Positions 29,265 through 39,482 of a stretch of 64,000 nt of DNA are shown one piece after another. This DNA comes from Polyangiales bacterium. GTDB taxonomy: Bacteria > Myxococcota_A > Polyangia > Polyangiales > Polyangiaceae. Every line of letters starts with the position of its first letter. The first letter of the stretch is position 1. The position numbers and the translations under genes were made by a program. The notes below the pieces were generated by a model, which saw nothing but the letters and a program-made list of their open reading frames with translations, searched no databases and was not told where the DNA came from. The stretch lies in assembly GCA_038231275.1 (NCBI GenBank), contig JBBRLQ010000006.1, forward strand, positions 1 to 64,000. Reading direction: 5' to 3'.

Positions 29265-29867
29265 TTACTTGACCGCCTTGGTCACGTACGACTTGTGCTG
29301 CCACCGAATCACGCCGGTCTCGACCTCGATGACCTGCATGAAGAACGTGTACTGCACGCGGCGCGCGTCGGCGGCGCGCTCGTCGTTCGCGCTCACCTTG
29401 CCGGTGAGGAAGTATTTGACGCCCATTTGCTTGGCGTACTGCGCGATGTGCGCGTGGTTGAAGGCGGGGTGCTGCTGCCCCTCGACCTCGGCGATCATCT
29501 GGTTCTGACGCTCGCGGCTCACCATCGTGACGATGTTCGCCTCGACGAGCCACGTCTCCGCCTCGCCGAGGATGCCCTGCAGCTGCGGCTCGAGGTGCTC
29601 GGTCGTGTCGTTCTGGAAGGGGAAGACCGAGACGGTGTCCTGCGAGCGGTGCGATCGCCAGAGGTCCATCACCGGCGACGTGCGCAGGTGGTTCAGGTTC
29701 TCGGAGAGCATCCGCTGGATGTCGTCCTTGTCGAGGCCGGTGCTCATCGCGGCGTTGTCGATCGACGGATCGTTGGAGCCGCGGACGTACGACGGCCCGC
29801 AGCCGGTGCTCGCCGCGAAGACGAGCGAGACGATCGAAACGGAAGCCAAGGTTTGCCAAAGACGCAT
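29265..29867 (-). CDS. lpoB: Penicillin-binding protein activator LpoB-family lipoprotein
   Basis: Lipobox STGC; FQNDTTEH, GVKYFLTGKV, QVIEVETGVIRW; GGAGGAG RBS. Confidence 0.75.
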   Translation of the reverse strand: MRLWQTLASVSIVSLVFAASTGCGPSYVRGSNDPSIDNAAMSTGLDKDDIQRMLSENLNHLRTSPVMDLWRSHRSQDTVSVFPFQNDTTEHLEPQLQGILGEAETWLVEANIVTMVSRERQNQMIAEVEGQQHPAFNHAHIAQYAKQMGVKYFLTGKVSANDERAADARRVQYTFFMQVIEVETGVIRWQHKSYVTKAVK

Positions 29868-30220
29868 CTGGATTTCTCCTCCGGACTGTTCGACGGCGCA
29901 GAGGCTAGCGCCTTCAGCGTGTCGACGACAGAAGCGGCGCTTCTTCTGACCTTTACGCTCGGTCGCCGCGGCGAAGCGCGCCGCTCAGCCGTTGAGAAGT
30001 GGAGCCGAGAACTACCTTCACCCAGATAAGCGCATATCTGAATATGTCGTAACATTATGAAATAATTAACACAATTGAGCGTCTCACGAATGTACTGAGG
30101 CAAGGGGACAACCCGTCCCAGAGGTCCTTTGCAAACGGGAGGGCCCTTGGGGTTTCGCGCGCGATCTCGACCGGTGCCACGCGCCCCGACGCGTCGGTCA
30201 CCTGCAAAGCGGTGTAGTGC

Positions 30221-31261
30221 TCACTCGGTGACGGCAGGTCCGATCGCACAGACGGCGCGACGCGCGCGTTCGACTGCTGCATCACGATCAACCGGCGGCG
30301 GCGCCTCGGGCGAGCGCTTCAAGAGCTGCAGGACCTGGTCGGCCTTCACGGCCCAGTTGATTCCTTGCGGCAGACTGCCGGTGGCTTTGAGGAAGGGGAG
30401 CGACGATGCGCTCGATGTCACGATGCCGATCGCGAATCCGGTCTCGGTGACGAGCGGACCGCCCGAATTTCCCGGCTGGATGGGCACGGTCATCTGCAGG
30501 ACCCGCGGTTCCCCTCGGAGACCCGAGAGCGCGCTCACCGCGCCGTCGGTGAACTTGGGCTCGCTCCCCAAGAAGTCGGCGACTGGAAACCCGAACGTGA
30601 ACACCTTCGTACCTGCGTTTGCGACGGAGGCGGAGGCCACCAGCGGCAAGTAATCCGGGGTCTCCGCGTCGACTTGGAGGATCGCCACGTCGGTCTCGCG
30701 GCGGCTCGTGAGGACTGTCGCCGGAAGCGGCGCCTTCCCGGGAAACTGGACCGTTACGGGGCCGGCGTCGCGAATGACGTGCTCCGCCGTCGCGATGTGG
30801 CCGCGCGCGCCGATCGCGAAGCACGTACCGAGGATGGTCGGCCGCTTGCCGCCGTGCGTGCCCGGGCGCGGCGGCGCGCCGGCGTACAGGATGGCGATAC
30901 CGTACACGTCCGTGTCGTTCATGGAGCCGGTGCTCCCGTACCTCTCCCGCTCGACGAGAACGGCATCCGCGCCGAGTTCGCACGCGCGCTTGGAGAGCTC
31001 CCCTTCCACCGTCGCGCGGGTCGGCGCGACGAGGCCACCGGGTCCGTGGAATTCGACCCGCCCCAGCTCCGTGTACCCGGTGAGCGGCGGCACGGACCGG
31101 ACGACCTGCGCGCCGCACGTTTCGGGCTTCGACGCGAGGGAGTGGCGCTGCTGTTCAGGGGTCTGAGAAACCGAGGTCCTCGCGCAGGCGACGAGAGAGA
31201 GTGTTGCGACCATGGCCCGCGCCGCGCGCCAAGAAAACACGGGAAAGCAGCGAAATTTCAC
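30221..31261 (-). CDS. Trypsin-like (S1C) serine protease lipoprotein with N-terminal YbjQ-like domain
   Basis: Triad TAEH / DVAIL / GNSGGP; lipobox LVAC; KRACELGADAV. Confidence 0.85.
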   Translation of the reverse strand: MKFRCFPVFSWRAARAMVATLSLVACARTSVSQTPEQQRHSLASKPETCGAQVVRSVPPLTGYTELGRVEFHGPGGLVAPTRATVEGELSKRACELGADAVLVERERYGSTGSMNDTDVYGIAILYAGAPPRPGTHGGKRPTILGTCFAIGARGHIATAEHVIRDAGPVTVQFPGKAPLPATVLTSRRETDVAILQVDAETPDYLPLVASASVANAGTKVFTFGFPVADFLGSEPKFTDGAVSALSGLRGEPRVLQMTVPIQPGNSGGPLVTETGFAIGIVTSSASSLPFLKATGSLPQGINWAVKADQVLQLLKRSPEAPPPVDRDAAVERARRAVCAIGPAVTE

Positions 31262-31394
31262 GGCACCCTCGGGCTCGCGAACCTCAACGGCGACAAACCA
31301 GCGAGCTCGCAGAAGATCGCTCGCTATTTAGAGCAAAAGCTCTATCTGTCAAATCATGGCGGCTATCGCCAACGGCTAGGCCTCCGAGACCGGC

Positions 31395-32432
31395 TCAAGA
31401 TCCGATCGCGCGCGTGACGGCAGCCTCGAGGGTCGCCTCGTCTTGGCCGCCCTCGAGCTTCTCGCGCTCGATCCAGATCGTCGGCAGGCCATGCCCTTGG
31501 GTCGCGCGGAACGCGTCGCTGTCGGACTTGATGCGCGCGTCGGTGGACGGATCCTTAAGGCAGTCCTGGAATCGCACGGGATCGAGGCCCGCTTCCGCGG
31601 CGAGCTTTGCGCAGCCTTCGCTCGTGAGCTCTTCGGCGGGCGTCTTCATGAGGAGCTCGGCGAGATCGTCGCCTTTGCCGAGCACCTCTGCGCAGCAGGC
31701 GGCGCGCGCGGCCTCCATCGCGTGCGGGTGGATGCGCGACAACGGGACGTGCTTGCGGACGACACGGATCTTGTCCTTGTGGCGGGCCAAGACCGGCGTG
31801 AGCTCGGCGTGCGTCTCGCGACAGAACGGGCACTCGAAGTCCACGAAGTCGACGATCGTGATCTTGCCGGGCGCAGTCTTGTCGATCTCGGCGGCGATCA
31901 CGCGAGGGATCGCGGGCTTCAGCAAGAGCGAGAGGCCCAACGGGATCGCGACCGCGAGGCCGAGCGCTGAGCCCGCGGCGACGCGGAACGGGCGCGCGCT
32001 CGGCGGATCCCAGCCCTTGAAGACGCGATGCAGCGCGAGCCCGGCGAGGACGAGCGCGCTCGAGTCGGTGGCGACGCAGTACGGGCAGAATTGGCCGAGG
32101 TTCGCCTGGACCGCGAGGAGAAACGCCGCGACGCCGGCGGCGAGCACGGCCGTGGCGAAGAACCCGACGCGCGCGAGCTTGCCGCTCCGCACGACGAAGA
32201 ACGCGAGGAGCAAGAAGCCCGCGAGGCCCCACGCCGGCGTCGGAACGCCGAGGAACGCCGCGAATTTTGTCTGCCGTACCGCGCCGCAGCCGCCGTCGAG
32301 GCCGCAGAAGATCGGCGCCGGCCGCAGGTAGTCGACGAGCATCGACGTGCTCGCCGCGAGCCCGATCACCACCGGCGCGAGAAGGGCGCCCCAGCGAAGC
32401 AGACTCCCCGGGTCGGTCTCCGATTTCTTCAT
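31395..32432 (-). CDS. VKOR-DsbA fusion
   Basis: CGLDGGC loop, CPYC in the TM region, then DFECPFC and GLPT thioredoxin motifs. Confidence 0.88.
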   Translation of the reverse strand: MKKSETDPGSLLRWGALLAPVVIGLAASTSMLVDYLRPAPIFCGLDGGCGAVRQTKFAAFLGVPTPAWGLAGFLLLAFFVVRSGKLARVGFFATAVLAAGVAAFLLAVQANLGQFCPYCVATDSSALVLAGLALHRVFKGWDPPSARPFRVAAGSALGLAVAIPLGLSLLLKPAIPRVIAAEIDKTAPGKITIVDFVDFECPFCRETHAELTPVLARHKDKIRVVRKHVPLSRIHPHAMEAARAACCAEVLGKGDDLAELLMKTPAEELTSEGCAKLAAEAGLDPVRFQDCLKDPSTDARIKSDSDAFRATQGHGLPTIWIEREKLEGGQDEATLEAAVTRAIGS

Positions 32433-32485
32433 GCGAAGCGCTTCCGTGGTTCAACCTGGGCGCCGGGTCAAGTATTCCCTCTGGC

Positions 32486-34954
32486 ATGTCCAAGTCCTTG
32501 CCCTCACGCGCGGACGTCTTGAAGCTCCTCGGAAACGGGGACCGCGCGATCCACGCGCGCGAGATCGCGCAGCAGCTGGGGGTCGACGACGGCAAGTACC
32601 AAGGGCTCCTCCGCCTCCTCGACAACCTTGTCTTCGACGGCGTGCTCACTGCGCGCGATGGGCACAAGTTCAAGCTCACGACGCGCGGCGGCGGACGACC
32701 CGGCGGTGACGATCGCGGCAGCGGGCGACCCGGCAAGGACGATCGCGGCGGCGCGCGAGCCGGCAAGGACGATCGCGGCGGCGCGCGAGACAATGGCGGC
32801 GGCGGACGCGAGCGACGGCAAGGCGGACGCGGAGGGGGTGACCGCGAGGAGCGCGAAGGCACCATCAACGTCAACGCGCGCGGCTTCGGTTTCGTGTCGA
32901 GCCCCACCGCGTCCGGCGACGACGTGTTCATCCCCGGCGAGTCGCTGCGCGGCGCCATGCACGGCGATCGCGTCAAGATCGCGATCGTCGGACGCGGCCC
33001 GCGCGGCGCCGAAGGGCAGATCCTCGAGATCGTCTCGCGCGGCCGCCCTCGCGTCTCTGGCATCCTCCGCCGCCGCGGCAAGAGCGCGTGGCTCGAGCCC
33101 GACGACGCGCGCGTCCGCGGCCCCGTGGTCTTGACCGTCGGCATCGACGCCAAGGACGACGAGGGAAACAGCGGGAAAGACGGCGACGCCGCGATTGTGC
33201 AGATTACACGCTTCCCGGAGTCGCCCGACGAGAACCCCGAGGGGCGGCTCGAGGTCGTTCTCGGCAAGCCCGGCGAGCTGAACGTCGAGGCGCGCAAGGT
33301 CCTCGTGATGGCGCAGATCGACGAGGTGCACTCGCCGGACGCGTTCGCCGAGGCCGAGGCGTACGGCGAGACCGTCCCCGTCGACATGCTCGCCGGCCGC
33401 GAGGATCTCACGCGCCTCCCGCTCCCCACGATCGATCCCGAGGACGCGCGCGATCACGACGACGCGGTGTGGGTCGAGCGCACGGAGGGCGGCGGCTACC
33501 GCGCGTGGATCGCGATCGCCGACGTCAGCTCCTACGTGCGCCCCGGCACGCGCCTCGACGACGAGGCGAAGAAGCGCGGCTGCAGCGTCTACCTGCCCGA
33601 TCGCGCGATCCCGATGCTCCCGCGCCCCTTGTCGTCGAACCTCTGCTCGCTCCTCCCCGACGTGATCCGCCTCTGCTTGTGCGCCGACGTGACGCTCGAC
33701 GCCGGAGGACACGTCGTCGAGAGGCGCCTCGTGCGCGGCTTCATGAAGAGCCAGGCGAAGCTCACCTACGGCGGCGTCGCCCGCGCGCTCGGCCTCTCGG
33801 AGGAGCCGCCGCGCGATCCCAAGGCCGACGAGCTCGTGGAGGGTCTGAAGGTTGCGAACGAGCTCTCGCGCATCCTCCGCGCCAAGCGCATCAAGCGCGG
33901 CTCGCTCGAGTTCGATCTCCCCGAAGCCAAAATCAAGCTCGGCGAGGACGGCCAGCCCGTCGACATCACGCGTCGCGCGCAAGACCCGGGGATGAAGAAG
34001 GCGTACCAGCTCATCGAGGAGCTCATGCTCCTCGGCAACGAGACGGTCGCCGAGTGGCTCGTCGAGAAGCAGCTCCCCGGCATCTTCCGCATCCACGAGG
34101 CGCCCGACGACAAGAAGCTCGAGCGCCTCGCGTCGATGTGCGCGCACCTCGGGGTGGAGTTCGACGCCGACGGCGCGAAGGATCCGCTGACGCTCTCCGC
34201 GCTCGTCAAATCATGGGCGACGCACCCGCTCGGCAACGTCCTCAACATGCTGCTCCTCCGCTCGATGAAGCAGGCGGCCTACGACGTGCGGAACCTCGGA
34301 CACTTCGGCCTCGCGTCGAAGGCGTACCTGCACTTCACCTCGCCCATTCGCCGGTACCCCGACCTCGTCGTTCACCGCACGGTGCATCGCGCGCTCCTCG
34401 GCGAGAAGATCGACAAGAGCGTGGAGGGGAAGAAGGAGCTCGAGGACGCCGCCATCTCCGCCTCCTCCGCCGAAAGGCGCGCGATGGAGGTCGAGCGTGA
34501 GATCGTCGACCTCTACGGCGCGGTGCTGATGCGCGGAAAGATCGGGGAGACATTCGAAGGCGTGGTCACCGGCCTCGTGGGCTCCGGCGTCTTCGTGTCG
34601 CTCGACGCGCCGTTCGTGAACGTGCTGATCAAGCTCGAGGACCTCGGCGCCGGAACGTACGCGCTCGACGACGAGGGGCTCGAGGTCGTCGCCGCCACGT
34701 CGGGCGATGTCGTACGCCTCGGCGATCGGCTCACGTTGGACATCGTCGACGTCGCGATCCAGAGGAGGACCGTCTACGGGCGCCGACTTCGCGCGCTCGA
34801 AGGGGACGGCGAGGGACGACCGCCGCGCGCGCGCTTGAAGCCGCCGAAACCGCAAAAACCCCAAGAAAAAAAGCCCGGCCGACGCGACAAGCACGGAAAG
34901 AAGGCGCGCGTCGCCCAGGCGCAGAAAACCTTCAAGAAGCGGAAGAAGAGGTAA
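32486..34954 (+). CDS. rnr: Ribonuclease R
   Basis: GFGFV, TIDPEDARDHDDA, IADVS, SVYLP, HFGLA, HFTSPIRRYPDL, S1 domain, Lys-rich tail. Confidence 0.93.
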   Translation: MSKSLPSRADVLKLLGNGDRAIHAREIAQQLGVDDGKYQGLLRLLDNLVFDGVLTARDGHKFKLTTRGGGRPGGDDRGSGRPGKDDRGGARAGKDDRGGARDNGGGGRERRQGGRGGGDREEREGTINVNARGFGFVSSPTASGDDVFIPGESLRGAMHGDRVKIAIVGRGPRGAEGQILEIVSRGRPRVSGILRRRGKSAWLEPDDARVRGPVVLTVGIDAKDDEGNSGKDGDAAIVQITRFPESPDENPEGRLEVVLGKPGELNVEARKVLVMAQIDEVHSPDAFAEAEAYGETVPVDMLAGREDLTRLPLPTIDPEDARDHDDAVWVERTEGGGYRAWIAIADVSSYVRPGTRLDDEAKKRGCSVYLPDRAIPMLPRPLSSNLCSLLPDVIRLCLCADVTLDAGGHVVERRLVRGFMKSQAKLTYGGVARALGLSEEPPRDPKADELVEGLKVANELSRILRAKRIKRGSLEFDLPEAKIKLGEDGQPVDITRRAQDPGMKKAYQLIEELMLLGNETVAEWLVEKQLPGIFRIHEAPDDKKLERLASMCAHLGVEFDADGAKDPLTLSALVKSWATHPLGNVLNMLLLRSMKQAAYDVRNLGHFGLASKAYLHFTSPIRRYPDLVVHRTVHRALLGEKIDKSVEGKKELEDAAISASSAERRAMEVEREIVDLYGAVLMRGKIGETFEGVVTGLVGSGVFVSLDAPFVNVLIKLEDLGAGTYALDDEGLEVVAATSGDVVRLGDRLTLDIVDVAIQRRTVYGRRLRALEGDGEGRPPRARLKPPKPQKPQEKKPGRRDKHGKKARVAQAQKTFKKRKKR
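32708..32790 (+). repeat. 30-nt tandem repeat (about 2.7 copies) encoding DDRGGARAGK-type units in RNase R
   Basis: GACGATCGCGGC starts at 32708, 32738 and 32768. Confidence 0.85.
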
Positions 34955-34995
34955 GCGCCTTAAGGTCGCGGCGCGCGGGTCCGTTCCACTCCTTC

Positions 34996-35511
34996 GTGGA
35001 TTGGTCTCTCGTTCGTGAGCTCCTCGCGGAGAGCGCCCTGCAACTCTTCGACAGTTGCAACGCGCCGGTCGTCGACAACCGACCCGCCGACACTCCTCCT
35101 TCGGTCGGCAGCACGCTCGCCGTCATCGGCTTCGCCGGCAAGCAAATGAGGGGCGCGCTCGTCCTGTTCCTTTACCCCGGCGTTCTGCGCGCGTCCTACC
35201 CCACTCCTGGGGAGGTCGACGAAGAGGATCTCCTCGCGTGGGCGGGCGAGCTCTCGAACCAGCTCCTCGGGCGGTTCAAGAACAAGCTGCTCACGCGCGG
35301 CGTGACCATCGACCTCTCGACGCCCACGGCCATGTCCGGTCAAGGCCTTCGGTTCGCGACGGCGCCCCCCGCGAGCCACCTCGTCGAGCGGCGGTTCGAT
35401 TTTGGCGGGGAGCCGGTGCTGGTGCGCCTCGAAGCGCGCGCGTCCGACGGCGTCGAGCTTCGGACGCCGGGACTTCCCTCGTCCAGCGAAGGCGACATGA
35501 TCCTCTTCTGA
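34996..35511 (+). CDS. CheX-family chemotaxis phosphatase
   Basis: VIGFAGKQMRG, GELSNQLLG (ExxN), LSTP. Confidence 0.8.
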   Translation: MDWSLVRELLAESALQLFDSCNAPVVDNRPADTPPSVGSTLAVIGFAGKQMRGALVLFLYPGVLRASYPTPGEVDEEDLLAWAGELSNQLLGRFKNKLLTRGVTIDLSTPTAMSGQGLRFATAPPASHLVERRFDFGGEPVLVRLEARASDGVELRTPGLPSSSEGDMILF

Positions 35512-35544
35512 ACGAGTCCGTTCCAAGGGCGCCCGCCGCGTCAC

Positions 35545-36069
35545 TCACTTGGGCGCGACGGCCTCGAGATCGATCGCGAGCTCCACCTTCTCGCCGACGA
35601 GAACGCCGCCCGTCTCGAGCGCTTGGTTCCATTTGAGGCCGAAGTCGGTGCGGTTGATCGTCCCCTTCGCGTGGAAGCCCGCGCGCTCGCCGCCCCACGG
35701 GTCCTTACCGCGCCCGCCGTATTCGACGTCGAGCGTGACCTCCTTGGTAACGCCGTGCAGCGACAGATCGCCGACGAGCTTGTAATCCTCGCCGCTCTTC
35801 TCGACCTTCTTGCTCTTGAACGTCATCGTCGGGTGCGCGGCGACGTCGAAGAAGTCCGGCGACTTCAGGTGGCCGTCGCGCTTCTCTTCGTGGGTGTCGA
35901 TGCTCGCGACGTCGATCGAGACCTCCACCTTGGACTTGGTGAGATCCGCGAGATCGAGGTCGAGCGTTCCGGTCCACGACTTGAAGCGTCCGTGCACCTT
36001 GGCGAACACCATGTGGCGAACTGTGAAGCCGATGGTCGAGTGCGTCGGATCGATGTTCCACTGAGTCAT
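35545..36069 (-). CDS. yceI: YceI-family polyisoprenoid-binding protein
   Basis: [48 protein letters not shown]. Confidence 0.93.
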   Translation of the reverse strand: MTQWNIDPTHSTIGFTVRHMVFAKVHGRFKSWTGTLDLDLADLTKSKVEVSIDVASIDTHEEKRDGHLKSPDFFDVAAHPTMTFKSKKVEKSGEDYKLVGDLSLHGVTKEVTLDVEYGGRGKDPWGGERAGFHAKGTINRTDFGLKWNQALETGGVLVGEKVELAIDLEAVAPK

Positions 36070-36096
36070 GGTGTTGAACCCTCCGCTCTTCTCTAC

Positions 36097-36113
36097 AGCA
36101 CGGCGCGGGCCAA
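36097..36113 (-). promoter_or_regulatory. Sigma-54 (-24/-12) promoter of yceI
   Basis: TTGGCCCGCGCCGTGCT with exact GG-N10-GC spacing; divergent from a sigma-54 activator. Confidence 0.75.
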
Positions 36114-36196
36114 CCGCCATTTTGCCGTTTTCATGGACAATTTCGACCGCGCTGAAACGATCGCATCAAATTGACGTTACAGCGCATCATAACGAC

Positions 36197-37816
36197 ATGC
36201 GTGCGACGGACCTGGATCTCCGCGAGCTGCTGCGCTTCGAGCCGGAGGGAGGCGTCATGCTCTTCGGCGACGAGCGGGTGGTGCTCTTCGACCCCGTGGC
36301 CCTCGGGCTCCTGCGCCGTCTGCTCGTCGACGCGATCGGAGCGACCGGCGCGCGAGGCATGCTGACGCACCTTGGCTTCGCGCACGGGTGGCGGACCGCG
36401 GAGTCGATGAAGACCGCGTTCCCGTGGGACGACGAGCGCGAGTGGCGGATCGCCGGAGGTCGGCTCCACAAGCTGATGGGGCTCGTCGACTTCTCGCCGG
36501 TGACCACGGCCGAGGGGGAGACGGCGCCGTTCGCGGAGGCGATCTGGCGCGACTCGTACGAGGCCGAGCAGAGCCTCTCGTTCTTCGGCCGGAGCGACGA
36601 GCCGGTGTGCTGGATGCTGTGCGGCTTCGCGAGCGGGTACCTGTCCTTCACCAACGGACGATCGATCTACTGCTTCGAGTCTCGCTGCCGGGGCCAGGGA
36701 GACGTGGTGTGCCACGTCGTCGGAAAGCCGAAGGAGGAGTGGGGGCCCGAGCGCGCCGCGGAGCTCCAGTTCTTCGAGAAGAACTGCCTCGAGGGCAGCC
36801 TCGCACGCGTGACGAGCTCGCTCAAGAAGGCCGAGCGCGTCCTCCGCGAGCGAAAGCGCGCGCTCGCGAGGACCGAGCCGGCCGACGTGGATCCATCGGG
36901 GATCGTCGCGCGGAGCGAACCCATGCAGCGCGCGCTCGATCTCGCACGGCGCGTCGCGAAGGTGGACGCGACGGTGCTGGTCACCGGCGAGAGCGGCGCA
37001 GGCAAAGAGAAGCTCGCGCGCCTCATCCACGCGGAGTCGGCGCGCGCCGGGCGGCCGTTCGTCGCTCTGAACTGCGCGGCGGTGCCGGAGTCACTGCTCG
37101 AGAGCGAGCTCTTCGGTCATGCGCGCGGCGCGTTCACCGGCGCGCTCGGCGATCGCGCCGGCATCTTCGAGGCGGCCGACGGCGGGACGCTGCTACTCGA
37201 CTAGATCGGCGACGTGGCGCCGTCGATGCAAGCCAAGCTCCTGCGCGTGCTCCAAGAGCGCGAGGTCCGGCGGCTCGGCGAGAACCGGAGCCGCAAGGTC
37301 GACGTGCGGATCATCGCCGCCACCAACCGGGATCTGGCGGCCGACGTCGCTTCGGGGCGATTCCGGCAGGATCTATTCTACCGGCTGCGCGTGGTGGAGC
37401 TGCGGATTCCGGCGCTGCGCGATCGCCGCGAGGACATCTTGCCGCTCGCGCGCATGCTCCTTGGGCAGGCGGCGCAGCGCCTCGGTGTGCGCGCGTCGAC
37501 CATGACGCCTGCCGCCGCCGCGCAGGTCTCGCGCTACGGGTGGCCGGGCAACGTTCGCGAGCTGATGAACGCCATGGAGCGCGCCGCGGTGGTCGCGAAC
37601 GGCGCGCGCGTCGACCTCGAAGACTTGCCCGATGAAGTGCGCGCCGCATCGCCGCGCGGGAGCGGCGCGCCGGGCGCGGGCACCCTGGAGGACGTCGAGC
37701 GCGAGCACATCCTCGCCGTGCTCGCGCAGAACCGAGGCAACAAGGCGCGCGCGGCCGAGCAGCTCGGGATCGGGACGGCGACCCTGTTCCGCAAGCTGCG
37801 ACGATGGGCGGCGTGA
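36197..37816 (+). pseudogene. XylR/DmpR-type sigma-54 activator (XylR_N, V4R, AAA+, HTH) with an in-frame TAG at 37202-37204
   Basis: [27 protein letters not shown] (Walker B Glu replaced by stop), [25 protein letters not shown], Fis-type HTH. Confidence 0.85.
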
Positions 37817-37849
37817 CGCGGGGCGCGCGCGCGAGAAGGCTAAATTTAG

Positions 37850-39016
37850 CTAGATTCCGCTCACGCGTCGTGGTGCGAGCGAGCGCTCTTTCGTTCCGTC
37901 GCCGAGCTGGCCCGCCGCGTTCGCGCCCCAGCAGTGAACGCCTCCGTCGGTCGCGAGCGCGCAGGCGTGCGAGGAGCCGATGCAGACGTCTCGCACGCCG
38001 CTGAGCCCGGCGAGGGTAGCCCGCGGCAGCTCGGTCGTCGTTCGTGTGCCGAGGCCCAGCTCTCCTTCTTCGTTGGCGCCCCAACAGCGAACGGCGCCAC
38101 CCGCGACGACGGCGCATGCTTGCCCTTCGCCCGCGGCGAGGCGCGCGGCGTGAGAGACGCCGGGAATTTCCAACGGAGTCGCGTGGACCTCGTCGTCCGG
38201 TGCCTTTCCGAGCTGCCCGTCGTCGTTGCGCCCCCAGCAGCGCACGGCGCCGTCTTTCACGATGGCGCAGAGGAAGTCGTCGCCCGTCACGAGGTGAGTG
38301 CTGCCCTGAATTTCGGGGCGAAGGAAGCTGCGCGCGGCGCCCACGGTCCACTCGAAGTCGCCCCAGCAGCGGACCGTTCCGTCGGCCTGGCGCGCGCACG
38401 CGTGGGCCGCCCCGGTGGCGAGCTCGATGGGCTTGCCGAGCTCCGCGATGTTGCGCATCGTCGCCGACCGCGCGCGATCGCTCTCCTTTCCCCAGCAGCG
38501 CGCGCCGTCCGCGCGGCGCGCGCAAGTGACGAGGCCGGCGGCGTGGATCTCGAGCGCGCCGTCGATCTGCGCGACCTGGGTCGGCGGAACGTTCAGCCGC
38601 GACTCGCCGTCGCCGAGCATGCGGCCACTCCCCCAGCACCGCACCGTGCCCGCGTCGAGTCGCGCGCACGTGAACGTCGTTCCAGAGGCGACCTCGGCTA
38701 CGCCGGTCAGCCCCGACGGTGACACGGGGACAGGACGGTCGATGGTGGTCCCGTCGCCGAGCTGGCCGTGATCGTTTCGTCCCCAACATCGCGCGGTGCC
38801 GTCGGCGAGGCGCGCGCACGTGTGGAAGTCTCCGCAGTCGATCTGCGTCGCCCCTTTTGCCGGCAGCAGCGGAGTGGATGGCGCCTCGCGACCCAGGTCG
38901 AGAGACGGCGCCGGCGCGGCGGCGCTGGCGGGTCCCTGCGCTTGCTGCGCGGGCGGTGCACACGAGAGCGAGAGCACCGCGAGGCTCACGGGCGCGACGA
39001 GGACGATGAGCCGCAT
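37850..39016 (-). CDS. RCC1-repeat beta-propeller lipoprotein
   Basis: Repeated H.CA....G..RCWG.N..GQLG; lipobox SLSC. Confidence 0.9.
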   Translation of the reverse strand: MRLIVLVAPVSLAVLSLSCAPPAQQAQGPASAAAPAPSLDLGREAPSTPLLPAKGATQIDCGDFHTCARLADGTARCWGRNDHGQLGDGTTIDRPVPVSPSGLTGVAEVASGTTFTCARLDAGTVRCWGSGRMLGDGESRLNVPPTQVAQIDGALEIHAAGLVTCARRADGARCWGKESDRARSATMRNIAELGKPIELATGAAHACARQADGTVRCWGDFEWTVGAARSFLRPEIQGSTHLVTGDDFLCAIVKDGAVRCWGRNDDGQLGKAPDDEVHATPLEIPGVSHAARLAAGEGQACAVVAGGAVRCWGANEEGELGLGTRTTTELPRATLAGLSGVRDVCIGSSHACALATDGGVHCWGANAAGQLGDGTKERSLAPRRVSGI

Positions 39017-39149
39017 GATTGTCCCACGTTACAACGCTCGCCCCTCGGCATGCAGGTGATTGCCCCTCGTTCCTTCGGTTTGATAGAGTCGCGGCTCAAA
39101 GGCGCCCGGTTCCCGGGCCATCCGCTCACCACACGGAGAGACCACCATC

Positions 39150-39344
39150 ATGAAGACTCATTTTTCCTTGCTCGCACTTGCTCTCGCCCTCTCTGCCGCC
39201 GTCGCCGCCGTCGCGTGCGGTGGTCCGGCGACCCCGCCCGACGCGCCCGGCATGGGTGGAATGGACTCGGGCGTCAGCCCCCCGACGATGCCTGCCACCC
39301 CGACGGCCCCCGCCGCTCCGACCGCTCCCGGCCTGCCCAAGTAG
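39150..39344 (+). CDS. Small Pro-rich lipoprotein
   Basis: GGAG RBS; signal peptide ending AVAC. Confidence 0.7.
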   Translation: MKTHFSLLALALALSAAVAAVACGGPATPPDAPGMGGMDSGVSPPTMPATPTAPAAPTAPGLPK

Positions 39345-39482
39345 CTCCGAGCGCGCCCCTCTCGGGTGGAACCGCGGCAATCCACCCGAGAGGAGGCGTC
39401 GCCACTCACCGACGAGCTACGCTTCTTTTTTCGAGGCTTCGGCAGGTGCGCAGGGGCCCCGCGTGCGCTAGATCTCAAGGCG

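Noticed and set aside
30026..30070. dif-like (XerCD) site suggested by GCGCATA and TTATG segments
   Set aside because: Arm spacing does not fit the 11-6-11 dif layout on either strand.
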